64,000 bases of DNA. It comes from a virus (Duplodnaviria > Caudoviricetes). The stretch covers positions 794 through 64,793 of IMG/VR virus record IMGVR_UViG_3300021082_000023; one strand, given 5' to 3'. Each line of letters opens with the position of its first letter. The first letter of the stretch is position 1. A program made the position numbers and the translations under genes. Shown here one piece after another: positions 43,805 through 54,600 of this stretch. Below the pieces are notes generated by a model that was given only the letters and a program-made list of their open reading frames with translations, did no database searches and had not been told where the DNA came from.

Positions 43805-44068
43805 TTACTTCTCTACGGCCTGAACTACTGGATTTTGTTCTTCGTCTGGAAACATCCAATAGAATCCATGCGCTGGCGTGACCGATTTGTGAGACGACGA
43901 TGTCTCGCGGCGAATCTGACGGCCGTAAGTGTCATCCATCTTCTTGTCGTCACTGACCATGACCACGTTGATACAGGTTGGGCCCCACACCGCCGTTACA
44001 AGCGCGTTGTTTGGCCTGGCTACTGGATTCACCCATATCACGTGATAACTTCTCGCATTGCATTTCAC
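43805..44068 (-). CDS. Conserved phage hypothetical protein
   Basis: ALVTAVWG...CINVV...DTYGRQI...HG.YW. Confidence 0.55.
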   Translation of the reverse strand: MKCNARSYHVIWVNPVARPNNALVTAVWGPTCINVVMVSDDKKMDDTYGRQIRRETSSSHKSVTPAHGFYWMFPDEEQNPVVQAVEK

Positions 44069-44097
44069 CTCCCTTCCGTTGATATCCCGACCGAACT

Positions 44098-44481
44098 TCA
44101 GCCCTCGAAACCGTTCATGAACTCGGCCGCTGCGCCGGCGAGTTTCGCGGCGTCGGCTTTGGTCTTTGCCGGATCCTTAGGCTTCTTGTCCTTGAGGATC
44201 GGCAGTTCGAGGAACAACTGGACCACGGCCGGCGCGATGCCTGCCGCTTTCTGAGGCCCGGTCAGTCCTGCCGCTTGCCCGAACACTTCAGCCTGCACAA
44301 TCATGTCCTGAAAACGGACCAGACTTTTGGAGACGTCGACCACACCGCCCACGATCTGATTGTCGCGATCGCCGGGTGTGAAACTGGTAACAAGCTTCGC
44401 CATCTGGCCATAGTCCGCAACGGCCCCATTGACCGCGTTCGCGTTTGCGCCGACTTTCTTCAGGACACTGAGAAATGACAT
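44098..44481 (-). CDS. Lysis-region hypothetical protein
   Basis: GGAGG RBS; amphipathic helices; follows the holin. Confidence 0.6.
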   Translation of the reverse strand: MSFLSVLKKVGANANAVNGAVADYGQMAKLVTSFTPGDRDNQIVGGVVDVSKSLVRFQDMIVQAEVFGQAAGLTGPQKAAGIAPAVVQLFLELPILKDKKPKDPAKTKADAAKLAGAAAEFMNGFEG

Positions 44482-44490
44482 GGAGCCTCC

Positions 44491-44970
44491 CTATGCTGCA
44501 GTTGGTTTGACGAGTTTGGATTCGAATTCGCGGAAGCCCTTCTCAAACGCTTCCCGCATTTCTTTGGTGGTGTACGGACATTCTTCGATCTTCTTGCCAT
44601 CTACGGCGGCCTTCATGCCGGAATAGAACGCGAGCGTGATGCGATCCGCGAGCCCCTCGGCCTCGGGCGGTTTTTCATTACTGACGGCGTTATCGGCCAC
44701 AAGGTTTTCAATGGATTTGGATTTCGCCGCGCTGCCGGAACTGGATCCGAAAAAGTAATCGTAGATCGAGCCCCATTTGCCGATGATGATCCCGATAACC
44801 AGCGTGAGTGTTGTGGACGACTTGTCGGGAATATCTTTGTACATCAGCGCAACGACAATCAAAAACACCAACAGCGTCGCGGACACCGCCAGAAACGTGG
44901 TGATGCCGGACCAGCCGTTCTGTTCTGTGGGCGCTGCGGCCGCCGCGTTTGCCTTCGCGATACTGAGCAT
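44491..44970 (-). CDS. Holin-like membrane protein with a C-terminal RMF-like domain
   Basis: Two TM segments plus YFFGSSSGS; tail aligns without gaps to E. coli Rmf. Confidence 0.65.
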   Translation of the reverse strand: MLSIAKANAAAAAPTEQNGWSGITTFLAVSATLLVFLIVVALMYKDIPDKSSTTLTLVIGIIIGKWGSIYDYFFGSSSGSAAKSKSIENLVADNAVSNEKPPEAEGLADRITLAFYSGMKAAVDGKKIEECPYTTKEMREAFEKGFREFESKLVKPTAA

Positions 44971-44979
44971 GGGTTCTCC

Positions 44980-45399
44980 TTAAGTCAGTGGTCCAGTAAA
45001 TTCAAAATGACCCAGGTCGGGCGTCTTCCACCGGCCGCCCCACAGCAATCCAACACCCTCCCCGATGGCGCCGATCTTTTGCCACACCGGATCCGCGCCG
45101 CTCCATTGGAGTTTGTCCGGACCGTGTAGTTCAAACGTTTCGAATGGGCACACATCGATCGCCAGACTCTTCATGTTCTGCAGCGGCGACATGACGTGTT
45201 TGGAATCCAGCGTCCACGTCACTTGTTTGGAAGCCGGCTGGCCATCCGTGCGGCCGATGGCGTAGAGGGCGGCCTGTTCCTCCCGCGTGCGGCCGGTGAA
45301 CACAATCATCAGCGGGATGCCGGCTTCGGTCGCGCGCGCGAGCAGTTCGAAAAACTGCGGCCGGGATCTAGGATGGAGATCGTCCAGTAGTCGGCTCAT
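44980..45399 (-). CDS. Endolysin, M15 L-Ala-D-Glu peptidase
   Basis: RTREEQAALYAIGRT, SKH...AID, WGGRWKTPDLGHFE. Confidence 0.9.
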   Translation of the reverse strand: MSRLLDDLHPRSRPQFFELLARATEAGIPLMIVFTGRTREEQAALYAIGRTDGQPASKQVTWTLDSKHVMSPLQNMKSLAIDVCPFETFELHGPDKLQWSGADPVWQKIGAIGEGVGLLWGGRWKTPDLGHFEFTGPLT

Positions 45400-45408
45400 C
45401 AGCTCCTC

Positions 45409-45801
45409 CTATTCTTCGTAATCGTTTTGGTTTTCGTGATTACGGCCATTGTCGGGGCGCCGCCGCAATCGCTTCGCCCACGTCGCAAACCGCTCAATCA
45501 CAATGCCGAAGATTCCAGCGGCAATCGCCCGAAGCAGAAAAGAGGACTGATCGGCGATCCCTTCCAACGCCGTAATGCGGCGATCCGACTCCAGCCGGTA
45601 CCGCTTCAATTCCTGAAGATCGGAGTCCGCGGAGGTAATGTGGTTATCCAGGCGCTCTTCGATCCGGACCACGGACTGTCCCAGATCGTATTGATACTGC
45701 CTGGACTGGGCATACACGTTAGCGCCACGGACCAGGTAATAGATCATGACCGTCATACACACCAGCCAGATCAGCCCGCGTTCCTTTTGAAGTTTCGTCA
45801 T
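45409..45801 (-). CDS. TM-coiled coil-TM lysis-region protein
   Basis: ATGA overlap; two TM segments around a coiled coil. Confidence 0.55.
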   Translation of the reverse strand: MTKLQKERGLIWLVCMTVMIYYLVRGANVYAQSRQYQYDLGQSVVRIEERLDNHITSADSDLQELKRYRLESDRRITALEGIADQSSFLLRAIAAGIFGIVIERFATWAKRLRRRPDNGRNHENQNDYEE

Positions 45802-46010
45802 CGGATGGAGCGTAGGGACACCGGCGTTCGTGTAAAGGCCCGGTACAAAATGATGCTGGAATAGAACACCACCATCGTGATCACGGCGAGTTTGATCCAG
45901 TTCTTCATGCGTGCACTGATCGTCAACAGCGGCAACCACAGAGTCAGTGCGCCACCGGCCAGACAGAGAAGCGTCAGGATTGTCAGGAACGGGTAGCCAT
46001 ATCCAGGCAT
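45798..46010 (-). CDS. Small two-TM protein (holin candidate)
   Basis: GGAGG RBS; two TM segments. Confidence 0.55.
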   Translation of the reverse strand: MPGYGYPFLTILTLLCLAGGALTLWLPLLTISARMKNWIKLAVITMVVFYSSIILYRAFTRTPVSLRSIR

Positions 46011-46131
46011 ACGACCTCCAGAACTGCATTGAGATTCGTTCATGTCGTGGACCGCTTCGCCTGTAGAGAATCTGGTGAGGAAATGAAGTCAGATGAGAAC
46101 TGCAGAAGACAGGGCGATACTATCACGCCTC

Positions 46132-48828
46132 CTACGGTATTTGAGTTAGAGTCGCCGCCAAATTGCCGGGCACGGTCCCATCAATCGAAACCGTATCCCC
46201 GCCGCCCACCACCAAAGCCTGGCTGGGCCCCCACATCAGAAAATGTCCGGAACTGCTCGCGTCAAACAATCCCAGCCGCGTTAACGAAACGGCCGGCATG
46301 CCCGCGAACTCTACCAATGCCTGGAAGTCCAGCGAGAAGATTGTGTCCCCAAGGATACTTTCCCCCGCGGTCTCCCAGTCGGCGATGGTGGCTTCCTGCC
46401 GCGCATAACTGCCGCCCGTCACTTCATGACCACCTGTCGCGTCTTTGGCTCCTGTGTGGAGTGACCAATACGCTGGAGCCGACGTGAAGGCTGTTCCTTT
46501 GAACAAATAGCCCAGAACCGCGTTCGCCATGTAAGTGCTGAAATCATCCGTCAACGCGAATGTGACCGCACCAACGGAAAACTTTGGCGTCTGTCCGGCC
46601 GTGATCGTCCGTGGATTATTCAGTGGGACAAACCGGATCGGCGTTCCGCCAGTGGATGAACTCCACAACCCCACATGGGTAACCGTACATGCCGGCATGG
46701 CGCTGAATTGCATTTGGGTCACGTTGGTGATGGAGCGCGACGCCGGCGTCGACCAATAGGATTCCGACGCCGCGAAGCGGCCGTAACTGCCGCCAACCAC
46801 TTCATGGATTCCGTTCAATCCCGGAGGCCCAGTGTGCAGAGACAACCACAGCGGAAATAATGCAAATGGTGTGTCCTTCAGGATCTTATCCAGCAGCAAC
46901 TGGCCGATGACGGCCGTCGCCGGGACGGATGTGCAACCGATGGCATCCCACCAGATGGTGCCGTTGGAAGTGGAGTTGTTGAACTGAATATGGTTCAACA
47001 CGGTCATGGTTCCCGCGGCTCCGATCCACGCGCTCCATGTGCCTTCATTGACGCGCACGCGGTATTCGTCCGGGTGGCCAATCAGATCGATAGCAAGTTC
47101 CAGTCGGTAAAACGTATTCGCGGCGAAACCGACCAGCACATTGACCCAACTGGAGGTGTCGTAATTGTAGGCGCGAATATTTCCGCCGCTACTGAACTGG
47201 ACCTGTGTGCGAATGCTGACGCCGCTTTCATGGAACGAAACGCCATAGGAATCATCGTTGGGATTGGTGACGTTGGACGCCATCTCCCATGTGAAAACGT
47301 TGTTACTGACACCGAGAAACGTCCGGTAGTAATAGGTATCGGCACCGCCCGTGATGGACTTCAAACACTTGCCACCCTGGCCGCCGCCGAATGGCACCAC
47401 CACAATCGTCATGGCGCCGCCGTCGCCTTTTACGGCCGGACCTGTCCAGTCGCCTGAACCACCAGTTGCACCTTCGTAATCAGCTGACGTGGTGTAAGAA
47501 TCGAAATTCTCAATAGGCGGTATCGAACCAGGCGTTATGGTTGGCGGTGTTCCCCATATGGAAGTGACATCTGCGGTGACATCACGCACGGTGTACGCCG
47601 TCGTGGACATCGCATCAATAATTCTCTGATTCATCTTCCATGGGAATAATGGCGTGGAAGTGGTCACCCCATTAACGACTTCAAAACAAATCGTTGCGCC
47701 ACGTGTTCCATCGTTTTGGTACAAGCTCTGGCCACTGGGATACGCCGCAGCAACCGAATTGGCGTTGTTCTCATTCGTGCGCGTCCACTCGCCCGGCGTC
47801 TCCCGTTGGCCCCAGCCGTCATTGTTGCCGCCGCCGCTCGTGGATGGATCCGGAAGAATGACGGTGATGTTTTGGGCGATGGCGGATTGATGCGGAATGG
47901 AGTTTCCAAATTCGGGAACAACGCGCAGATCGCTATAGGTATAACCAAACACGTTCTGCTCACTGTAGAAGGCCATGTCTTTGAATGTGATGTAGTCCAC
48001 AAAGGCGCCAGCATCAATTCCGCCAGCGTCCCAATATCCGGCCTGGCTTCCCAGTTGATAGCCGATGCAACCTTCAAAAATCGTATGTGAATTCAATGTG
48101 CTATCGGACCATGGCATGGTGGAGGCGCCAGTCATCTGACCGGCGATAAACAATCCAGGCGAGTACATCGTATGGCCGCCATCCCACGTGGCGATACAAT
48201 TCTCAAACCGCGAACCATAAGAAGAGTAGTTCGTAAACACCAACTGTGGGTTGACGGCTACGTTATCCTGCCACTGGCCCCAGCAACGGCGCGCGGTGCA
48301 ATCGTTGGACTCATAAATGGAGAATGCCTTGCGGCCGGTTCCGAATGCGGCGCAGTCCTCCCAAAGGACACGTTGGGAGTTGTTGGTTTCAAAAACCTGC
48401 GAATTCTCGGTCTGTGAGCCGTCCCATGCGACAATCCGGCGGAAGTTGATATCGTGCGAGAAATTGTTTGTCGTGATGACGCCTTCGGTCACACTGCTAT
48501 CGGAATGTGCCGCGTTGAATCCCTCAAAGTCCAACCACTCATTGCCGTCCAACAACAATGGCAGCCGTGAGAATTGACCGTCAATCAAGACCATGCCGTC
48601 GTTGAGGGCCTTCAGTTTAATTGGATGGCCCGGGGTGCCGCCGAAACTGGCAGGCGGCCGAATCATGTTGTCATCGCCGGTATAGCCGCCAGTCAGGTCG
48701 TCAAACAGCAGCACGATGTCATCCGGCCCAACCACACTCCAGATGTGATCGATGGTAAGCCATGGATCCCCGAGGCCGCCAACGTCCCCATCGTCTCCTG
48801 TGAGCGGATTCACATAGAAAATACTCAT
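46132..48828 (-). CDS. Tailspike/receptor-binding protein with a right-handed beta-helix
   Basis: FYVNPLTGDD start, parallel beta-helix pattern, central lectin-like domain, two C-terminal LHTG...EV.GGSY.R repeats. Confidence 0.75.
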   Translation of the reverse strand: MSIFYVNPLTGDDGDVGGLGDPWLTIDHIWSVVGPDDIVLLFDDLTGGYTGDDNMIRPPASFGGTPGHPIKLKALNDGMVLIDGQFSRLPLLLDGNEWLDFEGFNAAHSDSSVTEGVITTNNFSHDINFRRIVAWDGSQTENSQVFETNNSQRVLWEDCAAFGTGRKAFSIYESNDCTARRCWGQWQDNVAVNPQLVFTNYSSYGSRFENCIATWDGGHTMYSPGLFIAGQMTGASTMPWSDSTLNSHTIFEGCIGYQLGSQAGYWDAGGIDAGAFVDYITFKDMAFYSEQNVFGYTYSDLRVVPEFGNSIPHQSAIAQNITVILPDPSTSGGGNNDGWGQRETPGEWTRTNENNANSVAAAYPSGQSLYQNDGTRGATICFEVVNGVTTSTPLFPWKMNQRIIDAMSTTAYTVRDVTADVTSIWGTPPTITPGSIPPIENFDSYTTSADYEGATGGSGDWTGPAVKGDGGAMTIVVVPFGGGQGGKCLKSITGGADTYYYRTFLGVSNNVFTWEMASNVTNPNDDSYGVSFHESGVSIRTQVQFSSGGNIRAYNYDTSSWVNVLVGFAANTFYRLELAIDLIGHPDEYRVRVNEGTWSAWIGAAGTMTVLNHIQFNNSTSNGTIWWDAIGCTSVPATAVIGQLLLDKILKDTPFALFPLWLSLHTGPPGLNGIHEVVGGSYGRFAASESYWSTPASRSITNVTQMQFSAMPACTVTHVGLWSSSTGGTPIRFVPLNNPRTITAGQTPKFSVGAVTFALTDDFSTYMANAVLGYLFKGTAFTSAPAYWSLHTGAKDATGGHEVTGGSYARQEATIADWETAGESILGDTIFSLDFQALVEFAGMPAVSLTRLGLFDASSSGHFLMWGPSQALVVGGGDTVSIDGTVPGNLAATLTQIP

Positions 48829-49091
48829 ACCGCACCTCCGCCGCTTTTCAGGGCTTTGATGGTCTGCGTGTCTTCCACGGCCCGAACGCGGGCCTCTTCC
48901 AGCGCCTGGCGCAAAATGGTGTCATTCTTTTTCAAATCCGCGATCTGGCGTTCCAGATGGTTCACATCCCGTTGCAGTTTCTTTACCGCTTTCCGCGCCT
49001 GTTGCAATGTGATCGTATCGGCATAGGCCTCCGGCGTCAGGAATGCCGGAATGGGTTGTGGTGTGCCAACCGCCAGGAATTTCTCTTTCAT
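48825..49091 (-). CDS. Small coiled-coil protein
   Basis: Heptad pattern; coupled overlaps. Confidence 0.55.
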   Translation of the reverse strand: MKEKFLAVGTPQPIPAFLTPEAYADTITLQQARKAVKKLQRDVNHLERQIADLKKNDTILRQALEEARVRAVEDTQTIKALKSGGGAV

Positions 49092-49258
49092 GTTCGCCGC
49101 CGGCGGCGGATACGCTTCGCTGTGATGCCACCACCCAGCTTGAAATCGGCCGACAAGGACGGGTGTGTTTTATCGATCCGCAGTTTCGCCATCCGGATTC
49201 CGCCGCCAACGCGAAACCGGGCCGCCATTGTGGGAACGCCAGGTGGAATGATGGCCAT
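49088..49258 (-). CDS. Small basic protein (56 aa) with two FxxGGGI motifs
   Basis: TGATG and ATGA overlaps; not in the ORF track. Confidence 0.55.
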   Translation of the reverse strand: MAIIPPGVPTMAARFRVGGGIRMAKLRIDKTHPSLSADFKLGGGITAKRIRRRRRT

Positions 49259-50847
49259 CAGGCGGCCTCGATTTCTTCAACCGTCAAACCGCCGCCGAGA
49301 CCAAAGTCGGCCGACAGTTCCGGTGAATCGGTGGGTGGATCCGGCTCCACGTAGCCAATCAGGATCAGTTGCGCCCGTGCCGGCGACGGTGTCAGCCGCG
49401 TCCCCAACACCACAATCCGCTTCTCGGTAAAGCCCGCCGCGCCGACACCCGCCCAGTGTGTATCCAAATACACATCGCCAAGATCGATGTCATCGAAGAA
49501 TTCAGTCGGTATTTCGTTCTCGATCAATAGGCCGTTTTCCCGCATCAACGACAGGTACAGCGCGCCGATACTCAATGGGGTGGCTGGATCCCCATCGAAG
49601 GAGCGTCCAAACCACAAACTGATGTTGACGGCAATGTCGCTGCCAAGATTGATGATCTCCGCCGCGCTGATGATGTCGGGGGTGTGCCCAAAGAACTCGT
49701 TGCCGGGACTCGAATAGTTGTAGTCGTAATTGAGATGAAGGCGCGAGGCCAACGTGTCGGAGGTGTAGCTACTTTGCTTGAAGCCACCTTTCACAAATTG
49801 TTTCGGCGTCAATGTCAGGACGGATGACTTCGAAAGGCCAATGAAGTTCAGGGCCCACAGGCCGTTGCGTTTTCGAAACAACTGCAGGCCGTTGCTGCGC
49901 AGATGTCGGGCCACCACATCCATATGGGTGAAGTCGTTTTTCGTCACGACCAGAGTGCCCACATAGCCACGATCATCGAATTCGGTTTTGCATTCGTTCC
50001 AACTCGTCGTGTCCAGTTGATCCGCCGTAATTCCTACATAATCGGCCAGGTACGTTTCCAACTGATAGATGGGCCGTTGTTCAGCCGAACCGCCCGACCA
50101 CGTAACTTCCACTTCATCGGTGGTGTGATTGACCAGATCCCGCGGATCCGCCGCGAAAACAAAAACCGTGATGGTGCCGCCGCCAATGGGTGTCCGCGTT
50201 TCCACAACATAATCTGTGGTCGGTGTTTGCTTCACACCGTACACATACACATTCTCGACGGTGGCGCTCACATCTCCGATGGCGGCCGCGTAGATCCATG
50301 CGGCTTCATTGATGTTGTATGCCGGCAACTGGCCGCCGTTGTCCACGCTGCCCACTGGAGCCTGGCACAGACCAGCAACGTAGGGGATCAACTCCCCTTT
50401 CGAATACAGCGGACACGTATCGGGATAACCGCCAGCGACCAGCCGGCGCAGCGTTTTGGTCACTGGCACATTGAACAGATCCAGCGAATTGTCCACGATG
50501 GTCACCGTCATTTCATCGTTCTGAAATGAGAAGTCGTCCACCACGCCGGTATACGCTGGCTGAAAATCGGCGATCGGGCCTTCCACATCCCCCAGCCGGA
50601 TCCGCATGGTGCGGCCGCGCCAGGCCCGCCCGTCTTTCAACTGGGAAAAGAATTGTGTGGCGTTGTCGAATGTCAGGGTCACACTGCCGATGTTGAACAC
50701 CCCGCACAGCCGCGGAATGGAGCGGCTGATACTGGAAATGGACAACAAGCCTTTCTTCCAATCGCCGCTGATGCTGCTCAGTGTCGACAACGCAAACTTA
50801 TACGTGGCGTCATCCAGATCCCATTCGACGTATGGAAATAGTTTCAT
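49258..50847 (-). CDS. Tail hub/baseplate protein
   Basis: 529 aa, second gene after the tape measure; beta-rich. Confidence 0.65.
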   Translation of the reverse strand: MKLFPYVEWDLDDATYKFALSTLSSISGDWKKGLLSISSISRSIPRLCGVFNIGSVTLTFDNATQFFSQLKDGRAWRGRTMRIRLGDVEGPIADFQPAYTGVVDDFSFQNDEMTVTIVDNSLDLFNVPVTKTLRRLVAGGYPDTCPLYSKGELIPYVAGLCQAPVGSVDNGGQLPAYNINEAAWIYAAAIGDVSATVENVYVYGVKQTPTTDYVVETRTPIGGGTITVFVFAADPRDLVNHTTDEVEVTWSGGSAEQRPIYQLETYLADYVGITADQLDTTSWNECKTEFDDRGYVGTLVVTKNDFTHMDVVARHLRSNGLQLFRKRNGLWALNFIGLSKSSVLTLTPKQFVKGGFKQSSYTSDTLASRLHLNYDYNYSSPGNEFFGHTPDIISAAEIINLGSDIAVNISLWFGRSFDGDPATPLSIGALYLSLMRENGLLIENEIPTEFFDDIDLGDVYLDTHWAGVGAAGFTEKRIVVLGTRLTPSPARAQLILIGYVEPDPPTDSPELSADFGLGGGLTVEEIEAA

Positions 50848-50849
50848 GC

Positions 50850-51641
50850 TTAAGCCACCACGCGTTCGCCGCGCGATTCCTCTGCGAATGTCAGCGGGTT
50901 TAACCGCTTCCGTTTGCCATGAACGACGCGGACTTCACTGACAAGCCGCATCAGATAGCCATCGTTGACGGCCGGATCCGGAATCAAAAAGAAGTACACC
51001 GCGTCCCCATGAAGCGAATCCGTAAAGCCGGTCAACACACGCATTTGGGACTCCGTCATTTCCTCAAACGTAAACGTCAGTTCAATCCATTCGGTAATCC
51101 GGTTGACGGTGCGGCTTCGGACTTCGCTGATGTTGGTGTTGTTCATCACCGCCCGCAATTCTTCCCATTCGTAATTGAAATTGGTGGCCAGTGTAGTGGC
51201 CAGTCCCACCATAATCCGGCCGATGGAAATACTGTGGCTTGTCGTCTGCGGATCGTGGAGGGTGATCTTGATATACCGATCCGTGCGGGTGGAGGCGGTG
51301 CGGAAGAACACATCGAACTGCCGAAAGGTCATGGTGTCGGTGTGGTCCGTGACACCGGAGGTGGTTCCGCTTTTGATGGTGAACGTACTGCCGGCCGGAA
51401 ACGTGTGATTGATCACCATGATTTGATTCCATGGTGTGGTTACCCCGCGATCGATGCTGATGTTGACATCCACCGGCCCCGTGTAGGCGAGAGAAATGTA
51501 CAGTTCTGAAATGTCGTTTGTGGTGGTGTTGTCGAACAAATGATCGGCATCGAGCGGCCCCTTATCGCAGAGAAGCTGTGTGACTGGATCCAAATCCTTA
51601 TACTGATCGTCGGTCTCCGTCAGGAATGTAAAGAAGCTCAT
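50850..51641 (-). CDS. Distal tail-like protein
   Basis: Directly after the tape measure; ISIGRIMVG...NFNYEW. Confidence 0.6.
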   Translation of the reverse strand: MSFFTFLTETDDQYKDLDPVTQLLCDKGPLDADHLFDNTTTNDISELYISLAYTGPVDVNISIDRGVTTPWNQIMVINHTFPAGSTFTIKSGTTSGVTDHTDTMTFRQFDVFFRTASTRTDRYIKITLHDPQTTSHSISIGRIMVGLATTLATNFNYEWEELRAVMNNTNISEVRSRTVNRITEWIELTFTFEEMTESQMRVLTGFTDSLHGDAVYFFLIPDPAVNDGYLMRLVSEVRVVHGKRKRLNPLTFAEESRGERVVA

Positions 51642-54600
51642 ACGGCGGCCCGCCCCTGAATCATCTGGCGGAATTCGCCGTTATATTTCAGTTCACGAGA
51701 AACCGCCGCCGCGATCTTCCGGCCGAAGGTGTCCGGATCGTCCGAGGCCGCGCCGTTGACAGTGACCGCGATAGTGCCGATGGAGAACGAGCCGCCCATC
51801 CTGGCCTGTGCCGCTGTTTGGACGCGTTCACCTTTATGCAACAGCGCCGGGAAATTGTCGTAAGGGACGTAATCCATTCCGCCATTCAACGGCATGGGAC
51901 TCATCGGATTCAAGGTGGCCGTGATTTTCGCCATGTCGGCCAGTAGGCTGTTGCCGAAATCTTCACTGGCCGCGTCATTCATGTCCCCGATGAGGGTGCG
52001 GAGATTGTTCATCCCCTCCATGGCTTCGTAGTAGGTGAGCGTCCCGGAAACAGCCTTCGAGTTGAAGCTGTTGACGACGTTGTTAAAGTTGGCCCACAGG
52101 TCATTGGACCCTGTACCGTTGGCTCCGAATGATCCCGCTGTAAGAATAGGATTGACACCACCGCCTGAAAAACCAAAGGACGTTCCACCGCCTGACGACG
52201 CGGCCGCGGCTTGGACGGTTTGTCCCAAACCGGAAATGGTTTTCTGCATGTCGCTGATCAGGACATTGGCGAACGAATCAATGGTGGTCCGGCCCTGTGT
52301 GGCCACGGTCCGTTCATCGGATCCGCCGAGGGCAAACTTTTCTGCGGCCTGATCGAACGCGGCGACGATATCTTTCAGGTTGCCGATGTAGGAATTCCCT
52401 TCGTCGGCCGTCAACGTTCCCGCGGCCGCCCGGGCGTTGAAGTCCCCGATCAGCTGATTGATGACCCCCGTGTTTTGCTGATTGATGAGCGGCTCCTGCA
52501 GTTCCTTCACGAAGGTGTTGGCTTCCCAGTGAGCCTGAGATTTGATTGCGGCGACCACGCCAGCCACCGCAGCCCCGATGCCCAGTGTCGATGCCCCGGC
52601 CAGTCCGATCCCACCAAACAAGCTGGTACTGCCACCCAGCCCGAGAAGAGACGTGGTCCCCGTGGCACTGCCGACGCCAGTGATGCCGCCGCTCAATCCA
52701 AAGCTTCCGGCCAAACCGCCGATGCCTGTCGTCGTGCCGGTCGCCCCGGCGCCGCCTGTCGCCGCGCCAAATAGCGTCTCGGCCAGCGACTTCCCGAGAT
52801 TGGCCAAGGAGTTTGTAAATGGGCTGATGAAACCGGAAATGAAGGAACTGAGCAACGATGACGCCGTCGTCTGACCAATATTGATCAACGAATCCATGTT
52901 GAATTTGAAATGGACGATCATGTCGGCGAAACTTTCCGCAAGCCGCGTATTCAGGTTTGCGATTGCGGCGACGAAGGCATCCGAGTATCGGTTCTCTTCT
53001 TTGATTCGGTTGTCGGCGGATTTCTTTTGCGCCTTGTCCCAGGATTCATAGAACTCGACGTTCTTATCCAGATCAGTTTCGCGGAGACCGTTGATCTTGT
53101 TGAACAGATCATTAGTAGAGGTTAGGTTTTTCTGGTCTGCCTCTTCCCACGCCAAGTGTGCCTGATAGCGAGCCTGCGCGATGGTCACCCACGCACTGGT
53201 GCCGGTAAACGCCAACTCGCTGTGGGCCACTTGAACTTTCTGAAGTGATTCGATGTAGTCGTCGTTGGCACGTTCGGCTTTGTCGAAACCGTCCAGCCAC
53301 GCGGCCACAAACTTCGCCGCGGCTTCCACCTGCAATTGATAACGATCGGCCAGCACCTGGCGGTACGCCTTCTCAATTGCGATTTGTTTTTCGGTCATCG
53401 CGGCCGAGTCCGCGGAGGCCTTGGTGAATTTGTCGACGGCGGCCGCGAAGTCGATATGGGACGCCGTTCCCGCATATGTGGCTTTGAGTTGATCTCCCAG
53501 ACCCGCAACGTATTTAGAATTCCCGAGCTGTGTCACGTCATAGGAAATGCCCGCCTTGTCCAGTGACGCGCGCATTTTGTCAGTTGCATCGGCGGCCATC
53601 TTATTCGCGGCGATCACACTGTCCTGGCCCGTCAGGTAGGTGCCGATGACGGAGTTGTTCCAATTCAAAACGGAGGCCACCATCTTGTCGAAACTCTTTT
53701 GAAAACCGCCGATTTCAATAATCCAATTGATGAACAGGCCAATCAGGTGGCCCACTTCCGCGGCGACAAGCACCAGCCCGCCGATCAGAATGTTTCCAGC
53801 CGTGAACACGCCGGCAAGGGCGGTCTTGACCAGAGTCAGACCAGCGGAGAACTGGCCAAGGATCCCTGTCGCTGCCGTGGTCTTCACCGATGTGCCGACG
53901 ATGGCATCCCCCATTAACCCCACTTCGGCCGTGGTCGCTACCGATGTGGTTCCCAGTGTCCCGATGGCCAGAATCAGTTTTGGCAGAACCGTAATCAAAC
54001 CGCCGATCGCCAGCAGCACACCCCCACCGCCGATCATCGCGGCTGCGATTTCCAACAGTGTGGTCGCCAGTTTTGGATTCTCGTTGATCCAATCCTTTGT
54101 CGCCACAATCACGTCTGTGATGCCGGAGACCATCTTCAGAAACACGGGATACGCCTGTTCCCCAATCGCGCGCGTCAGCCCGATCACACTTTGATTCATC
54201 GCGAAAAGGGCATCATCAAATTCATCGGCTTTGTCGGAAGCTTCCCCACCAAACACAATCCCCAGCCGCTGGGCTTCGGCCGACAACTTGGCGATACCAT
54301 CCCGCCCTTCATTCAACATGGGAATCAGGGCCAGTCCGCCGCGGCCAAACAGTTCCACGGCGATCGCGGACTTCTGTGCGCCGTCTTCCATGTTTTTGAA
54401 TTTATCGGCGACATCCAACAACACTTCCGACGTGGGCCGCAAATGGCCGTTGGCGTCGGTCACACTGATCCCCAGTTTCTTGAATGTTTCGTTAGCGGAA
54501 TCGCCCTTGGTAGTGACGTCTTCCATGTGGGTGGCCAGCAAGCGAATACCCGTGGTGACATCTCCGATGGAAGCCCCACTCTGGCCCGCGGCGTATCCAA

